A stretch of 32,000 nt of DNA from Coprobacillaceae bacterium (GTDB lineage Bacteria; Bacillota_I; Bacilli_A; Erysipelotrichales; Coprobacillaceae). Made by a program: the position numbers and the translations under genes. Under the pieces are notes generated by a model, which worked only from the letters and a program-made list of their open reading frames with translations, did no database searches and was not told the DNA's origin. This document shows positions 24,285 through 32,000 of this stretch, in pieces. The stretch is from contig OY780959.1 in assembly GCA_963675915.1 (NCBI GenBank), positions 1,680,001 to 1,712,000 of the forward strand. Direction: 5' to 3'. Within the stretch, counting starts at the first letter, position 1. Every line of letters begins with the position of its first letter.

Positions 24285-24572
24285 ATCTCAACCCCTCCTT
24301 ATTGAACAAGGATCGCCTCATCCATTGCAAATAATTCTCTTATCAAAACATAAAAATATGCAAACAAACATTATTTTCCCTTATAATGTGTCTTTGTGAT
24401 TATAACCCTTTAATAGTTCAAAATCAATATCCTGAGAGATTTTTATAAAATTTTAAGAAACGTTTTTTAAAATTTGATTAATTATCTATATTAATGTAAA
24501 TAAATTATATAGATGTCAAATATTATCATGATATTTGACAATCTGAGTCGCATTCTCAGGAGTAAACAGCAA

Positions 24573-24655
24573 ATCGAGTAGGAGGAAATAAATAAAATTT
24601 TATTTCCGACCTCTCACACCACCGTACGTGCCGTCCGGCATACGGCGGTTTAAAT
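24573..24655 (-). ncRNA. Group II intron domains V and VI (3' ribozyme segment)
   Basis: Domain V is as described above. As I recall it, it is close to the Oceanobacillus iheyensis IIC intron domain V. Domain VI is GAGAGG-UC-GGAAAUAAA-loop-UUUAUUUCC-U-CCU-A-CUC with a bulged adenosine. Confidence 0.7.
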
Positions 24656-25492
24656 CTATACTAAAATATGTTTTAACTGATATTGGTCTAGCAGTGATGC
24701 TAGACCATTTCTTTTGAGTACTTTGTTTGTTATTTTGGTTCGCAGAAACGTGCTTGCACAGCGGGCATATGATTTCCTGGAATTTGACCATGATTCATAT
24801 TGCCATCTTTGGGCCCCTAGTTTTCTCAACTGTTTTCTACGGTTCTTGATGGTTTTCCATTTCTTCCACAGGTACATTCGGATTCTAAATCTAATCCAGC
24901 CATCCAGCCTTGCACATTTGGATTTGAAATTTCCGATTCGGTAGTAATTGATCCACCCGACAATAAGTTGCCTTATTTTCATTCGGCGAAATTCCCATGA
25001 TACTGACCAACTTCTATTAGTCAGTTCTCTGAGCTTATCTTTCAAGATAGCTATTGATTTAGCATGTGGTTTGGCTTTCCATGACTGGCTGAAGTTGTCA
25101 TAATAGAATCCAAATCCCAAGTATTTGATATCATTTGGTTTGGATACTTTGCTTTTGGTCATGTTGACCTTGAGCCCCAACTTCTTTTCAATGAACTTTC
25201 GCACATTCTCCATAACTCTATCTGCAGCTTTACTGCTACCGACAAATATCATGCAGTCATCAGCGTACCTAGTAAAATGCAACCCTCTAGCCTCCAATTC
25301 TTTGTCGAGTTCGTTAAGGACGATATTACTCAACAATGGACTCAACGGACCTCCTTGGCTTGATCCGATTATTGACTCTTTGTATTCTCCATCAATGCTT
25401 ATTCCACTTACCAGGAATTTTCTTATCAGTGATACAATTTCACCATTCTTGACATCTTTCATGATTAAGGTAATCAATTTATCGTGGTTGAT
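24656..25492 (-). pseudogene. Group II intron reverse transcriptase/maturase, C-terminal fragment (RT domains 3-7 + X/maturase)
   Basis: ...INHDKLITLIMKDV..., SQGGPLSPLLSNIVLNELD, RYADDCMIFVGS (YADD box) and an X-domain RQLIVGWINYY. The first 12 codons of the track ORF (MVRWHQIKWLAT) are read out of the transposon end. Confidence 0.9.
25487..25492. repeat. Left copy of the 6-bp target-site duplication GTTGAT
   Basis: An identical hexamer abuts the other transposon end at 28807-28812. Removing one copy and the element restores ...FFDNINHDKL.... Confidence 0.8.
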
Positions 25493-25516
25493 TGTAGCTA
25501 GCCATTTTATTTGATG
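25493..25516. repeat. Left terminal inverted repeat TGTAGCTAGCCATTTTATTTGATG
   Basis: Matches the reverse complement of 28783-28806 at 22 of 24 positions. Confidence 0.85.
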
Positions 25517-25700
25517 CCATCTAACCATAATCTAGTCATAATAAATAAAGGTCAATTCCAAATAATTTGATGAATTTTTCTTCAAATTGCTTGAGATTGA
25601 CCTTTTGCTTTGTTATTTTATTGGTAATAAATCTAGAGAAAGAAAAAATGAGAGACGCCACCACCAAGCAGTTTCTCTCATTTGCCATATAGACAAGAAT

Positions 25701-26255
25701 ATGATAACGTATCACGGAGTAAAAATCAATAATAAATTGATGAAGATTGATTCGCGGGCCAAACTCCAGGCCTATTATAATGAATTGGTTTCCAATATCA
25801 ATCGTTTTTCCTTGAGTTGCGCTGGTGACTGCCAGGGCAATTTCATAATTCATGGTTATTATAACCGAAGGGTGAAACTGCCTTTTGGCTTTTTTAATTT
25901 GAGAATAATGCGGCTAAGATGTAAGGATTGTGGCAGAACCCACGCAATTCTTCTTTCATGTTTGGTTCCATATTCAAGTATCCCGTTGGCTGTTCAAGTT
26001 GAGATTTCCATACATAAAAATAATCAGAAACTATTAAAAGCCATTCTTGATCGAAATCCCTATATGTCTGAGTGTGAAATTTATAATGTTGTGAGCAGGT
26101 ATATCAATGTTTGGCAGCAACGTTTGATGTCGTTGAGAATTGAATCAAATGATATTAACCGTCTTGTTGAAAGCTGTTTTTCAAATTATTTGATGCAGTT
26201 CATGCAATGTAGAAATACCATAAATATCCTGTATACAATCAACCACATAGGATGA
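25701..26255 (+). CDS. Transposon-associated zinc-ribbon protein (DUF6431-like)
   Basis: Contains SCAGDCQG...HGYYNRRV...LRCKDCGRTHAILLSCLVPYSSIP, a Cys-pair/THA pattern typical of DUF6431 proteins found beside transposases. The start is uncertain: the track uses TTG 25587, and ATG 25701 lacks a clear SD. Confidence 0.5.
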   Translation: MITYHGVKINNKLMKIDSRAKLQAYYNELVSNINRFSLSCAGDCQGNFIIHGYYNRRVKLPFGFFNLRIMRLRCKDCGRTHAILLSCLVPYSSIPLAVQVEISIHKNNQKLLKAILDRNPYMSECEIYNVVSRYINVWQQRLMSLRIESNDINRLVESCFSNYLMQFMQCRNTINILYTINHIG

Positions 26256-26303
26256 GTTAAATAATCGATTCTATTAGTATATAGTGGGTGACGGAGGTAT
26301 TAT

Positions 26304-27551
26304 ATGGATAAAAAAGAACAAGAATACGTAGCGTTGATGCGCCATCGGATCATTCATGACATCATTACCGGAAATTATGATGCTGCATGGTCTAAGAATC
26401 AGGCGATTACGGAAGCTACCAAGAAAGTCTATAAGAGTTTCGACAACCGTGATTTCACTGTCTCAAGCAGTACCATCTCCAGATGGATTGCTGCTTACGA
26501 AGAAAAAGGCTTCGATGGATTGATTCCTCAAAAGCGGAGTGATTGTGGCAAGTCAAGAAGACTGGATGATGACATCGTTGAAACAATCAAATATTATAAG
26601 ACAACCTATCCTAGATTGCCGGCAACTGTAATATACGGCAAGTTGATTGAGAAAGGAATCATCAAGAAAACTGATGTTTCCCTATCAACCGTTAACCGAT
26701 GTGTCAATCAGATAAAGTCGGAATTGCGGCTTTCAAACAAGAAAGACATGCGTCGCTACGAAGTGCCCCATATCAATATGAACTGGGCTGGCGACAGTTC
26801 GGTCGGCCCTTACATAACCATTAATGGCAAGAAGAACCGGACATACATGATTGCCCTGATCGATGATGCTTCAAGGATGATCGTCCATCTTGATTTGTAT
26901 TTGAATGACAACACAGTCAATTTGATGGATACCATGAAAAGTGCGGTAACAAAATATGGAGTTCCTGAGATGTTCAGGTTTGACAACGGCTCCAATTATC
27001 GAAATCACCAGATCAAGATGATTGCAGCAAGGATTAATTCAACCATTAGCTACTGCAAACCGTACTCGCCGGAAGGAAAATCAAAAATTGAGCGGGTGTT
27101 TCGGACGATCAAAGATCAGTTCTTCGCCCAAATAAACATAAAAGATTACACAAACAATCTAGAAGGTTTGAAGCAGGATTTAAGCCAGTTCATCAATGAT
27201 TACAACAACAAGGTGCATTCGTCTTTGAATGGATTGACACCTCATCAACGTTTTTTTCAGGAAAGCAACCTTATCAAAAGGCTTGATGATGACTTTATCG
27301 ACAACACTTTCCTGTTCGAAGTAGAGCGGTCTGTCAGTACTGATTCGGTAATCAAAATAGATAATCGGGAATACGAGATTGATTATATCTATTCTGGTGA
27401 AAGGCATATGTTCCGATATACTCCGGACTTGGAAAACGTCTATATAGTCAACAAGAATACCGGCGAACTGGAACGGATTCACCTACTTGATAAAAACGCC
27501 AATTCAAAAGTAAAACGAGTGCAGCCAAAATTATGCGGAGGAGAAGATTAA
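26304..27551 (+). CDS. DDE (rve/integrase-core) transposase with N-terminal HTH, Mu-A/TnsB/TniA-like
   Basis: The DDE triad context is WAGDSS..., RFDNGSNYRN and SPEGKSKIERVFRT. N-terminal HTH segment (SSSTISRWIAAYEEKGFDGLIPQKR). SD GGAGGT upstream. Confidence 0.85.
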   Translation: MDKKEQEYVALMRHRIIHDIITGNYDAAWSKNQAITEATKKVYKSFDNRDFTVSSSTISRWIAAYEEKGFDGLIPQKRSDCGKSRRLDDDIVETIKYYKTTYPRLPATVIYGKLIEKGIIKKTDVSLSTVNRCVNQIKSELRLSNKKDMRRYEVPHINMNWAGDSSVGPYITINGKKNRTYMIALIDDASRMIVHLDLYLNDNTVNLMDTMKSAVTKYGVPEMFRFDNGSNYRNHQIKMIAARINSTISYCKPYSPEGKSKIERVFRTIKDQFFAQINIKDYTNNLEGLKQDLSQFINDYNNKVHSSLNGLTPHQRFFQESNLIKRLDDDFIDNTFLFEVERSVSTDSVIKIDNREYEIDYIYSGERHMFRYTPDLENVYIVNKNTGELERIHLLDKNANSKVKRVQPKLCGGED

Positions 27552-28354
27552 TGGAAAAATATTGGACCAGATATGGATTGGAATTCAATCCGTTTATCAA
27601 GAACTCAAAGAATTTATTTATTGAAACAAGTGAATACCAGGAATTGAAAGTACGCCTTAACAGCCTTTTTGAAATCAAGGGTTTCGGACTAATAGTCGGT
27701 GAACCCGGCCATGGCAAAACAACCATGATCAGAAACTATATCAAAACACTCCCCAAATCAGCTTACAAGATAATTTATTTGTCAATGTCGACCCTTACAG
27801 TCAAGGAGTTCTATATGCAACTAGCTGAGTCGCTGGATCTGACTCCTCGGTATCGAAAGAATGATCTGTTCAGGGAGATCCAATCAGCCATAAACCAGTT
27901 GATTTACGAAAAAAGGATTACCCCGGTGTTTATCTTTGATGAATGTAATTACATGAATAACGCCATTCTTAATGATTTGAAGATGATCTTCAATTTTGAT
28001 ATGGATTCCAAGGATCATGCTGTAGTCTTGATGGTCGGATTGCCGACAATAACAAGGAACCTGAAATTAACCGCTCATGAACCATTGCGCCAGCGAATGA
28101 TTATCAATTACAAACTTGAGCCATTGAACAAGAGTGAAAGTCTTGCTTATATCAAAGACAAGCTCCAAGGCGGAAAAACAATTCAAGAAGTGTTCAATGA
28201 TAATGCAATTGAGGCAATCATCAATGCATCCAACGGCACCTGTCGGGTTATTGATCGGATATGTGACCGGGCAATGTTTATCGGAGCAATCAGAAAAATC
28301 GAAGTAATTGATTCCGATTTAATCCTAGAAACAATCGAAGAGGTAGTAATTTGA
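27551..28354 (+). CDS. TniB/ExeA-like AAA+ transposition ATPase
   Basis: Walker A GLIVGEPGHGKTTM and Walker B VFIFDECN. The preferred start is ATG 27551 (MEKYWTRYGLEFNPF), which has a TAATG overlap with the transposase stop and SD GGAGGAG. Confidence 0.8.
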   Translation: MEKYWTRYGLEFNPFIKNSKNLFIETSEYQELKVRLNSLFEIKGFGLIVGEPGHGKTTMIRNYIKTLPKSAYKIIYLSMSTLTVKEFYMQLAESLDLTPRYRKNDLFREIQSAINQLIYEKRITPVFIFDECNYMNNAILNDLKMIFNFDMDSKDHAVVLMVGLPTITRNLKLTAHEPLRQRMIINYKLEPLNKSESLAYIKDKLQGGKTIQEVFNDNAIEAIINASNGTCRVIDRICDRAMFIGAIRKIEVIDSDLILETIEEVVI

Positions 28355-28659
28355 TAATCGAATACTTCTGCAACTATGATGAAAAAACATGGGCCAACGA
28401 GATAGTAATAGTCTCACAAAACCCAGATAAGTGTGAATTCCAGCTAAGATATGACGGAAATGAAATCGAAGTGATAGTAGGTAAATCAGCCAAAGGGAAC
28501 TGGATTTGCATCCCGTTGATGAAGCTGGGACTGGAACTATCATATTTCAAAGACAAATTTTGGAACAAGTCAGCTCTATTGCGCGAGATAGATCCAATCA
28601 GCAGCGAAGCAATATCACAAGCAATCTACAAAATAAACGAGTCAGGGATAATCGTCTAA
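28351..28659 (+). CDS. Small transposon-borne hypothetical protein (102 aa, TTG start)
   Basis: The ORF overlaps the ATPase stop by 4 nt, with SD GAAGAGG upstream. I recognise no family. Confidence 0.4.
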   Translation: MIIEYFCNYDEKTWANEIVIVSQNPDKCEFQLRYDGNEIEVIVGKSAKGNWICIPLMKLGLELSYFKDKFWNKSALLREIDPISSEAISQAIYKINESGIIV

Positions 28660-28782
28660 AAAGGCGATTATTTTCTTTTTCCTCTAAAACATCATTTCAA
28701 ATAAACTGAATATTCCATTCGATTAATTTGAAGAGCATCAAAAAAGGGCCAAAAGAAGGCCCATATAATTTGAAGAATCATC

Positions 28783-28806
28783 CATCAAATAAATTGACTA
28801 GCTACA
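28783..28806. repeat. Right terminal inverted repeat (reverse complement TGTAGCTAGTCAATTTATTTGATG)
   Basis: See the left IR. Followed by the TSD copy GTTGAT at 28807-28812. Confidence 0.85.
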
Positions 28807-29259
28807 GTTGATGTTATCAAAGAATTTCTCCAAGTCAATGTCAACAATCCATTGGAAACCATCATTCATGTATTCCAATGATTTGATGATTGCCATCTCA
28901 CAATTTCTATTAGGTCTAAAACCGTAGCTGTTATCGCTGAACAAGGGTTCATAGATAGGAATCAATACCTGGGCGATGGCTTGTTGAACGAACCTGTCGA
29001 GCACTGTTGGCACTCCTAGGTTTCTAACTCCACCATCTAGTTTAGATATTTCCACTCTTAATACAGGCTGTGGTTTGTATTTCCTGTTTTGTATCATTTC
29101 CTTTATTTCATCAAGATGTTCATCGAGATGTCCTTTGAGGTCCAATACTTTCATTCCATCAACGCCACTAGCGCCTTTGTTTCGTTTTACTTGGGTATAT
29201 GCCTTTTTGAGATTGATATCACTAAGCATTTCTTCAAGTAATGTGTTATCAGTATTCAT
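28807..29259 (-). pseudogene. Group II intron reverse transcriptase, N-terminal fragment (RT domains 0-2)
   Basis: MNTDNTLLEEMLSDINLKKAYTQVKRNKGASGVDG..., RVEISKLDGGVRNLGVPTVLDRFVQQA, YGFRPNRN and DIDLEKFFDNIN. The preferred start is ATG 29259, with SD GGAGGT 9 nt upstream. The frame then runs into the transposon end and stops at 28798. Confidence 0.9.
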
Positions 29260-29373
29260 ATTTCCGTTACCTCCATTGATTTCGCTATTCATCAGGCTCA
29301 CTTCCCCTACATTCTTCTTTCGGGCCTTGATAGTGTGTTCGTCTGTCTTTGCGGTTTCGCGCGATGAAATCAA

Positions 29374-29783
29374 GCCTAATTTTAATAACTGATAGATTCA
29401 TTCAGTCCTTCACTCCATGGCCATTACAGCCACTTCTTCGCTACTACGACGTCTGCTGACTTCTTGCGATTCGTTGTTACTAGGATTGCTCCCTCGCAAG
29501 ATCTCCCGGGATAAGGTCATATCTCTTTCACCCCATATATCCGCCACATTTACATGTAATAGTTGTATTCCGCAACCTCTTATGACTTCGCGTTGTTTGG
29601 CACGCTCGTCCCCATTACCTGCCTGATATGTGATTTGTGTGCCTCGGACCAGGGTTTTGCCTCCATCTTCTTTCAGATTCCACCTCACGATGGACACCCT
29701 TGATATTGGCTAGTGGTTGGCAGTTGCGACGTCACCCCCACAGTGGACTTTCACCACCTAGATATATGCCATGCCCGGCATAC
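29374..29783 (-). ncRNA. Group II intron 5' ribozyme segment (domains I-III / IVa)
   Basis: Starts GUAUGCCGGGCAUGG. It contains AAGGGUGUCC...GGUGGAAUCUGAAAGAAG, which parallels the IIC intron domain I sequence as I recall it. The track ORFs here (29410..29697 and 29417..29626) are not credible as CDS. Confidence 0.65.
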
Positions 29784-29784
29784 C

Positions 29785-29819
29785 AAAAAAAAACAGATAA
29801 CCGCTAAGGCCATTATCTG
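29785..29819 (-). terminator. Intrinsic terminator of the upstream LCP gene, and the insertion target of the IIC intron
   Basis: Minus strand: AACAGATAA-tggccttagcgg-TTATCTGTT, then T9 (plus-strand A-run 29785-29793). Begins 10 nt after the stop at 29830. Confidence 0.8.
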
Positions 29820-29829
29820 TTTTACCATA

Positions 29830-31449
29830 TTAGTTTGCAGTGTCATTTGAATTAACATATGAACTTTCGTTGTCGAAAGTAACTGTAATTCCATTGGTCA
29901 CTTTTTCAATATTTTCATTTGCTTCGTCAATCGAATCTTGATCAGGCAAGGTCACATACAAATTGTACCCAACTGATGAATAACAGTGAGTCGAACGTGA
30001 TGGTGTCCCTTCAAGATACTGATGTTGCAGATTCCAAGATCCCCCTTCATTCAACTGAGCCTTGATGATATTAGTGATGAGTCCGGTTGACATGTTGGTC
30101 TGCATCGCTGAAAGTCCAGCCTCCAGCAATGAAGGATAATTGGCAATTATTGAAGGCGAGATTGCCTTATCGATGATCGCAGAGATAATCCGTTGTTGGT
30201 TCGCAATCCGATCATTGTCTCCTCCTGAGAGGGTGTGTCGTTCGCGGGAATAATATAATGCCTGTTTACCATTAAGATGAATTTCACCTTCTGGCATGTA
30301 ATAGGTTCCTACTGCCGTAAATGTTTTAGGATTGTAGAAGTCGATGCCATCTAGAGCATTGACAATATCAATGACCGAAGAGAAGTTTACCCGGATATAG
30401 TAATCGATATCAATTCCCATCAGGTCCTCGATTGTGGCAACACTTTCCTCTGCTCCGTATAGGCCGGCATGGGTAAGCTTGTCAGGTTCCTGATAAGTAT
30501 GAAGAGTCACATAATAATCACGGGGAATTCCCGTCATCAGAATCTCATGAGTTTCAAAATTGATTGTCAGAATCATATTGACATCGGATCTCGAGACTGT
30601 TGAGATCGAACCATAGGTATCAATCCCTGAAACGAACACGTTCATCACTTCAGGTACAGTTGTACTGGTATTTACCGGTGGCACTGTGGTGTCCGGATTT
30701 TCATCTTCTACTTCTATTTCGTAAGATGCGATTACTCTGGTCAACTCCTGGTAGGTTTCAGTTGCGATCCCCTGGTTGTCAGATTGAAGTTGATCATCGT
30801 AGGCAGAAAGATAGATCTCATCCACCGTATCGATGACAATCGCTGCCGTGTTACCGTCATAAAGGTCGGCTGCCAAGTCGCTGAAGTTATCAGCTATTCC
30901 AGTTTCCAGTCCATGATCGTTTTGAAGGATGTTGATGTACTCTGAAGTATATTGGGCGGTATCATTTGTATCTGATCCGATACAGAATTCGATTTCCTGT
31001 CCGACCAGATCTTCCAGGGTTTCATAACTTGAATCAGCCATGACCCTAACATTGATTGTATGGACAACTGTTTTATCGATATCGGTTATTTCGTCAAGGG
31101 TTGAGGTGCTCAAATAGATATAATAATTTCCCAGAACCAAAATGATACAGTTGATGATGACTAAAATCATCGATACCTTCTCCCTTAGAAGCATTTTCCT
31201 TTTGCTAAAGAGCGATTTACTCGATGTAGTCTTGCCATGATTCTTTCTTTTTGTTCCGTTCTTTGATTTCTTGGCTCTAGGTCTTCTTTGTAAAAACAAA
31301 TTAAAAAACCAGATTACCAGCAAAACGGCACCCAAAAGGATTGAATATTTATATGGTAGGAAATTGAAATCCAAAATTAGTTTCATCAGGAAGACCGATA
31401 AGCCCAACTGAACGATTAAAGCTACTCGTGACAAAAATTTAAGCATCAT
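29830..31449 (-). CDS. LytR-CpsA-Psr (LCP) family protein with multi-TM, basic N-terminal region (CpsA-like position)
   Basis: Motifs NVFVSGIDTYGSISTVSRSDVNMILTINFETHEILMTGIPRDYYV and ...ALYYSRERH. N-terminal TM helices and a K/R-rich linker. Confidence 0.85.
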   Translation of the reverse strand: MMLKFLSRVALIVQLGLSVFLMKLILDFNFLPYKYSILLGAVLLVIWFFNLFLQRRPRAKKSKNGTKRKNHGKTTSSKSLFSKRKMLLREKVSMILVIINCIILVLGNYYIYLSTSTLDEITDIDKTVVHTINVRVMADSSYETLEDLVGQEIEFCIGSDTNDTAQYTSEYINILQNDHGLETGIADNFSDLAADLYDGNTAAIVIDTVDEIYLSAYDDQLQSDNQGIATETYQELTRVIASYEIEVEDENPDTTVPPVNTSTTVPEVMNVFVSGIDTYGSISTVSRSDVNMILTINFETHEILMTGIPRDYYVTLHTYQEPDKLTHAGLYGAEESVATIEDLMGIDIDYYIRVNFSSVIDIVNALDGIDFYNPKTFTAVGTYYMPEGEIHLNGKQALYYSRERHTLSGGDNDRIANQQRIISAIIDKAISPSIIANYPSLLEAGLSAMQTNMSTGLITNIIKAQLNEGGSWNLQHQYLEGTPSRSTHCYSSVGYNLYVTLPDQDSIDEANENIEKVTNGITVTFDNESSYVNSNDTAN

Positions 31450-31679
31450 TTGTATCCTTTCAAATTATATTTATTAAGCCATTACAATTTAATATTATCT
31501 AACTTTTTTCAAGTAAAGTCAACTGGATAAAAAATAATGGGTAGATATTGCTCTTTTAGTGGATTGTAGATAATAATATATCAATAACCGCCAAAAATCA
31601 TTCAAACGGTGAATTTCACACAATATCCTATATTTATCGCCGAACCCGAATAAATTAACCACATCTAGCAAAAAAGACA

Positions 31680-31702
31680 AGGGTCACTTGTCGTTATAGC
31701 AA
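31680..31702 (-). terminator. Intrinsic terminator after the lipid kinase gene
   Basis: GACAAG-tgacc-CTTGTC, followed by T6 on the minus strand. Confidence 0.6.
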
Positions 31703-31714
31703 TTAAGATAAATT

Positions 31715-32000
31715 TTACGGTTTTGGAACAATCAATGCTAACTTACGGGATATAGCATCAATTCTAACTGGAAGGGCTGGTCCCTTTTCCCCGTCGATAT
31801 CAACATTGAAATCATGGTTGGGACTTGATATTTCAATCACCCGTCCCTGATGGTATTCGATATTACGGTTGTTAATATGGTTACCGGCCAGAATATCGGT
31901 AGATACCTGAATCAACTCCACCGCATTGCATGATTTCAAGATTTGAATGTCCAGCAATCCGTCCTGAATCGAAGCATAGGGAATCATTTTGTCAAAGCCC
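31715..32000 (-). CDS. Diacylglycerol/lipid kinase (YegS/DagK/BmrU family), C-terminal part; N-terminus beyond the right edge
   Basis: IQDGLLDIQILKSCN...NVDIDGEKGPALPVRIDAISRKLALIVP matches the C-terminal accessory domain of DAGK-like lipid kinases. The frame stays open to nt 32000. Confidence 0.7.
   Translation of the reverse strand, partial: GFDKMIPYASIQDGLLDIQILKSCNAVELIQVSTDILAGNHINNRNIEYHQGRVIEISSPNHDFNVDIDGEKGPALPVRIDAISRKLALIVPKP

Larger units (their letters stand above)
25493..28806 (+). mobile_element. 3314-bp cargo-less Mu/Tn552/TniAB-type transposon (DDE transposase + AAA+ ATPase + 2 small ORFs)
   Basis: The element has TGT...ACA termini. The 24-bp terminal inverted repeats match at 22/24 positions, and there is a 6-bp TSD. 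Subterminal repeats are TTATTTGATG-like (25507, 25564; reverse complement at 28783, 28698) and AATTTGAAGA (28725, 28768; reverse complement at 25579). A weak hairpin GGGCC-N7-GGCCC sits at 28746-28762 after the last ORF. Confidence 0.85.
24573..29783 (-). mobile_element. Class C (IIC) group II intron, about 1.89 kb without the nested 3.3-kb transposon; IEP disrupted
   Basis: The 5' end GUAUGCCGGGCAUGG... (29783 downward) lies one nt after a terminator hairpin plus T9. Domain V is AACCGCCGUAUGCCGGACGGCACGUACGGUGGU with a CGC triad (24618-24650). Domain VI is a hairpin with a bulged A on the 3' strand (24579), 6 nt before the proposed 3' end. The RT lacks an endonuclease domain. The 3' boundary is good to about +/-10 nt. 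Confidence 0.8.

Noticed and set aside
24600-24791. 63-aa minus-strand ORF at the intron 3' end
   Set aside because: It is an alt-frame overlap of the RT C-terminus that runs through domains V and VI, so it is RNA structure rather than coding sequence.
25536-25853. 105-aa minus-strand ORF at the transposon left end
   Set aside because: It overlaps the subterminal repeat region and the opposite-strand Zn-ribbon gene. It has no RBS and a low-complexity product.
25493-28806. IS21-family element, or Tn7-like / CRISPR-associated transposon
   Set aside because: The ATPase has the ExeA/TniB (AAA_22) pattern rather than the IstB pattern. There are no tnsA, tniQ, cas genes or CRISPR array, and the TSD is 6 bp rather than the 5 bp of Tn7.
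29410-29697. 95-aa ORF (and 29417..29626 on the other strand) between the RT gene and the intron 5' end
   Set aside because: It lies in the structured ribozyme domains I-III of the group II intron. The sequence is conserved as RNA (GGUGGAAUCUGAAAGAAG and similar), and there is no RBS.

Overview
This window looks like a cell-envelope and accessory region of a low-GC Gram-positive (Bacillota-like) genome. That assignment rests on GGAGG-type RBSs, prepilin, dockerin, LCP and CpsBCD-type genes, and a Gram-positive-type pel operon. I saw no rRNA, tRNA or CRISPR array.

Left third, minus strand:
- cutC, open at the window edge.
- A self-contained three-gene prepilin-type operon with its own promoter and terminator, including a 572-aa giant pilin.
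- Three secreted surface proteins: a cadherin-like protein with a TP linker; a glucosaminidase with 48-bp tandem repeats and a C-terminal dockerin; and a CnaB / pilin-isopeptide-domain protein.

Centre, plus strand, about 9.3-19.3 kb: one tightly coupled eight-gene unit. It contains pelD (frameshifted), pelE-like, pelA-deacetylase-position gene, pelF and pelG. These are followed directly by a membrane-anchored CotH atypical kinase, a VTC/CYTH polyphosphate-polymerase-like gene and a DUF4956 membrane gene. This Pel + CotH/VTC/DUF4956 fusion is my top candidate for an undescribed system.

Right third, minus strand:
- A Rieske oxygenase, an acidic anchored protein and an LCP gene.
- A cpsC/cpsD/cpsB-type BY-kinase module with no glycosyltransferase genes.
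- A class C (IIC) group II intron inserted right after the intrinsic terminator of a second LCP gene. Its RT gene is split by a 3314-bp TGT...ACA transposon with 22/24 terminal inverted repeats and a 6-bp GTTGAT target duplication. The transposon carries a DDE transposase, a TniB/ExeA-like ATPase and two small ORFs.
- A partial lipid/DAG kinase gene at the right edge.
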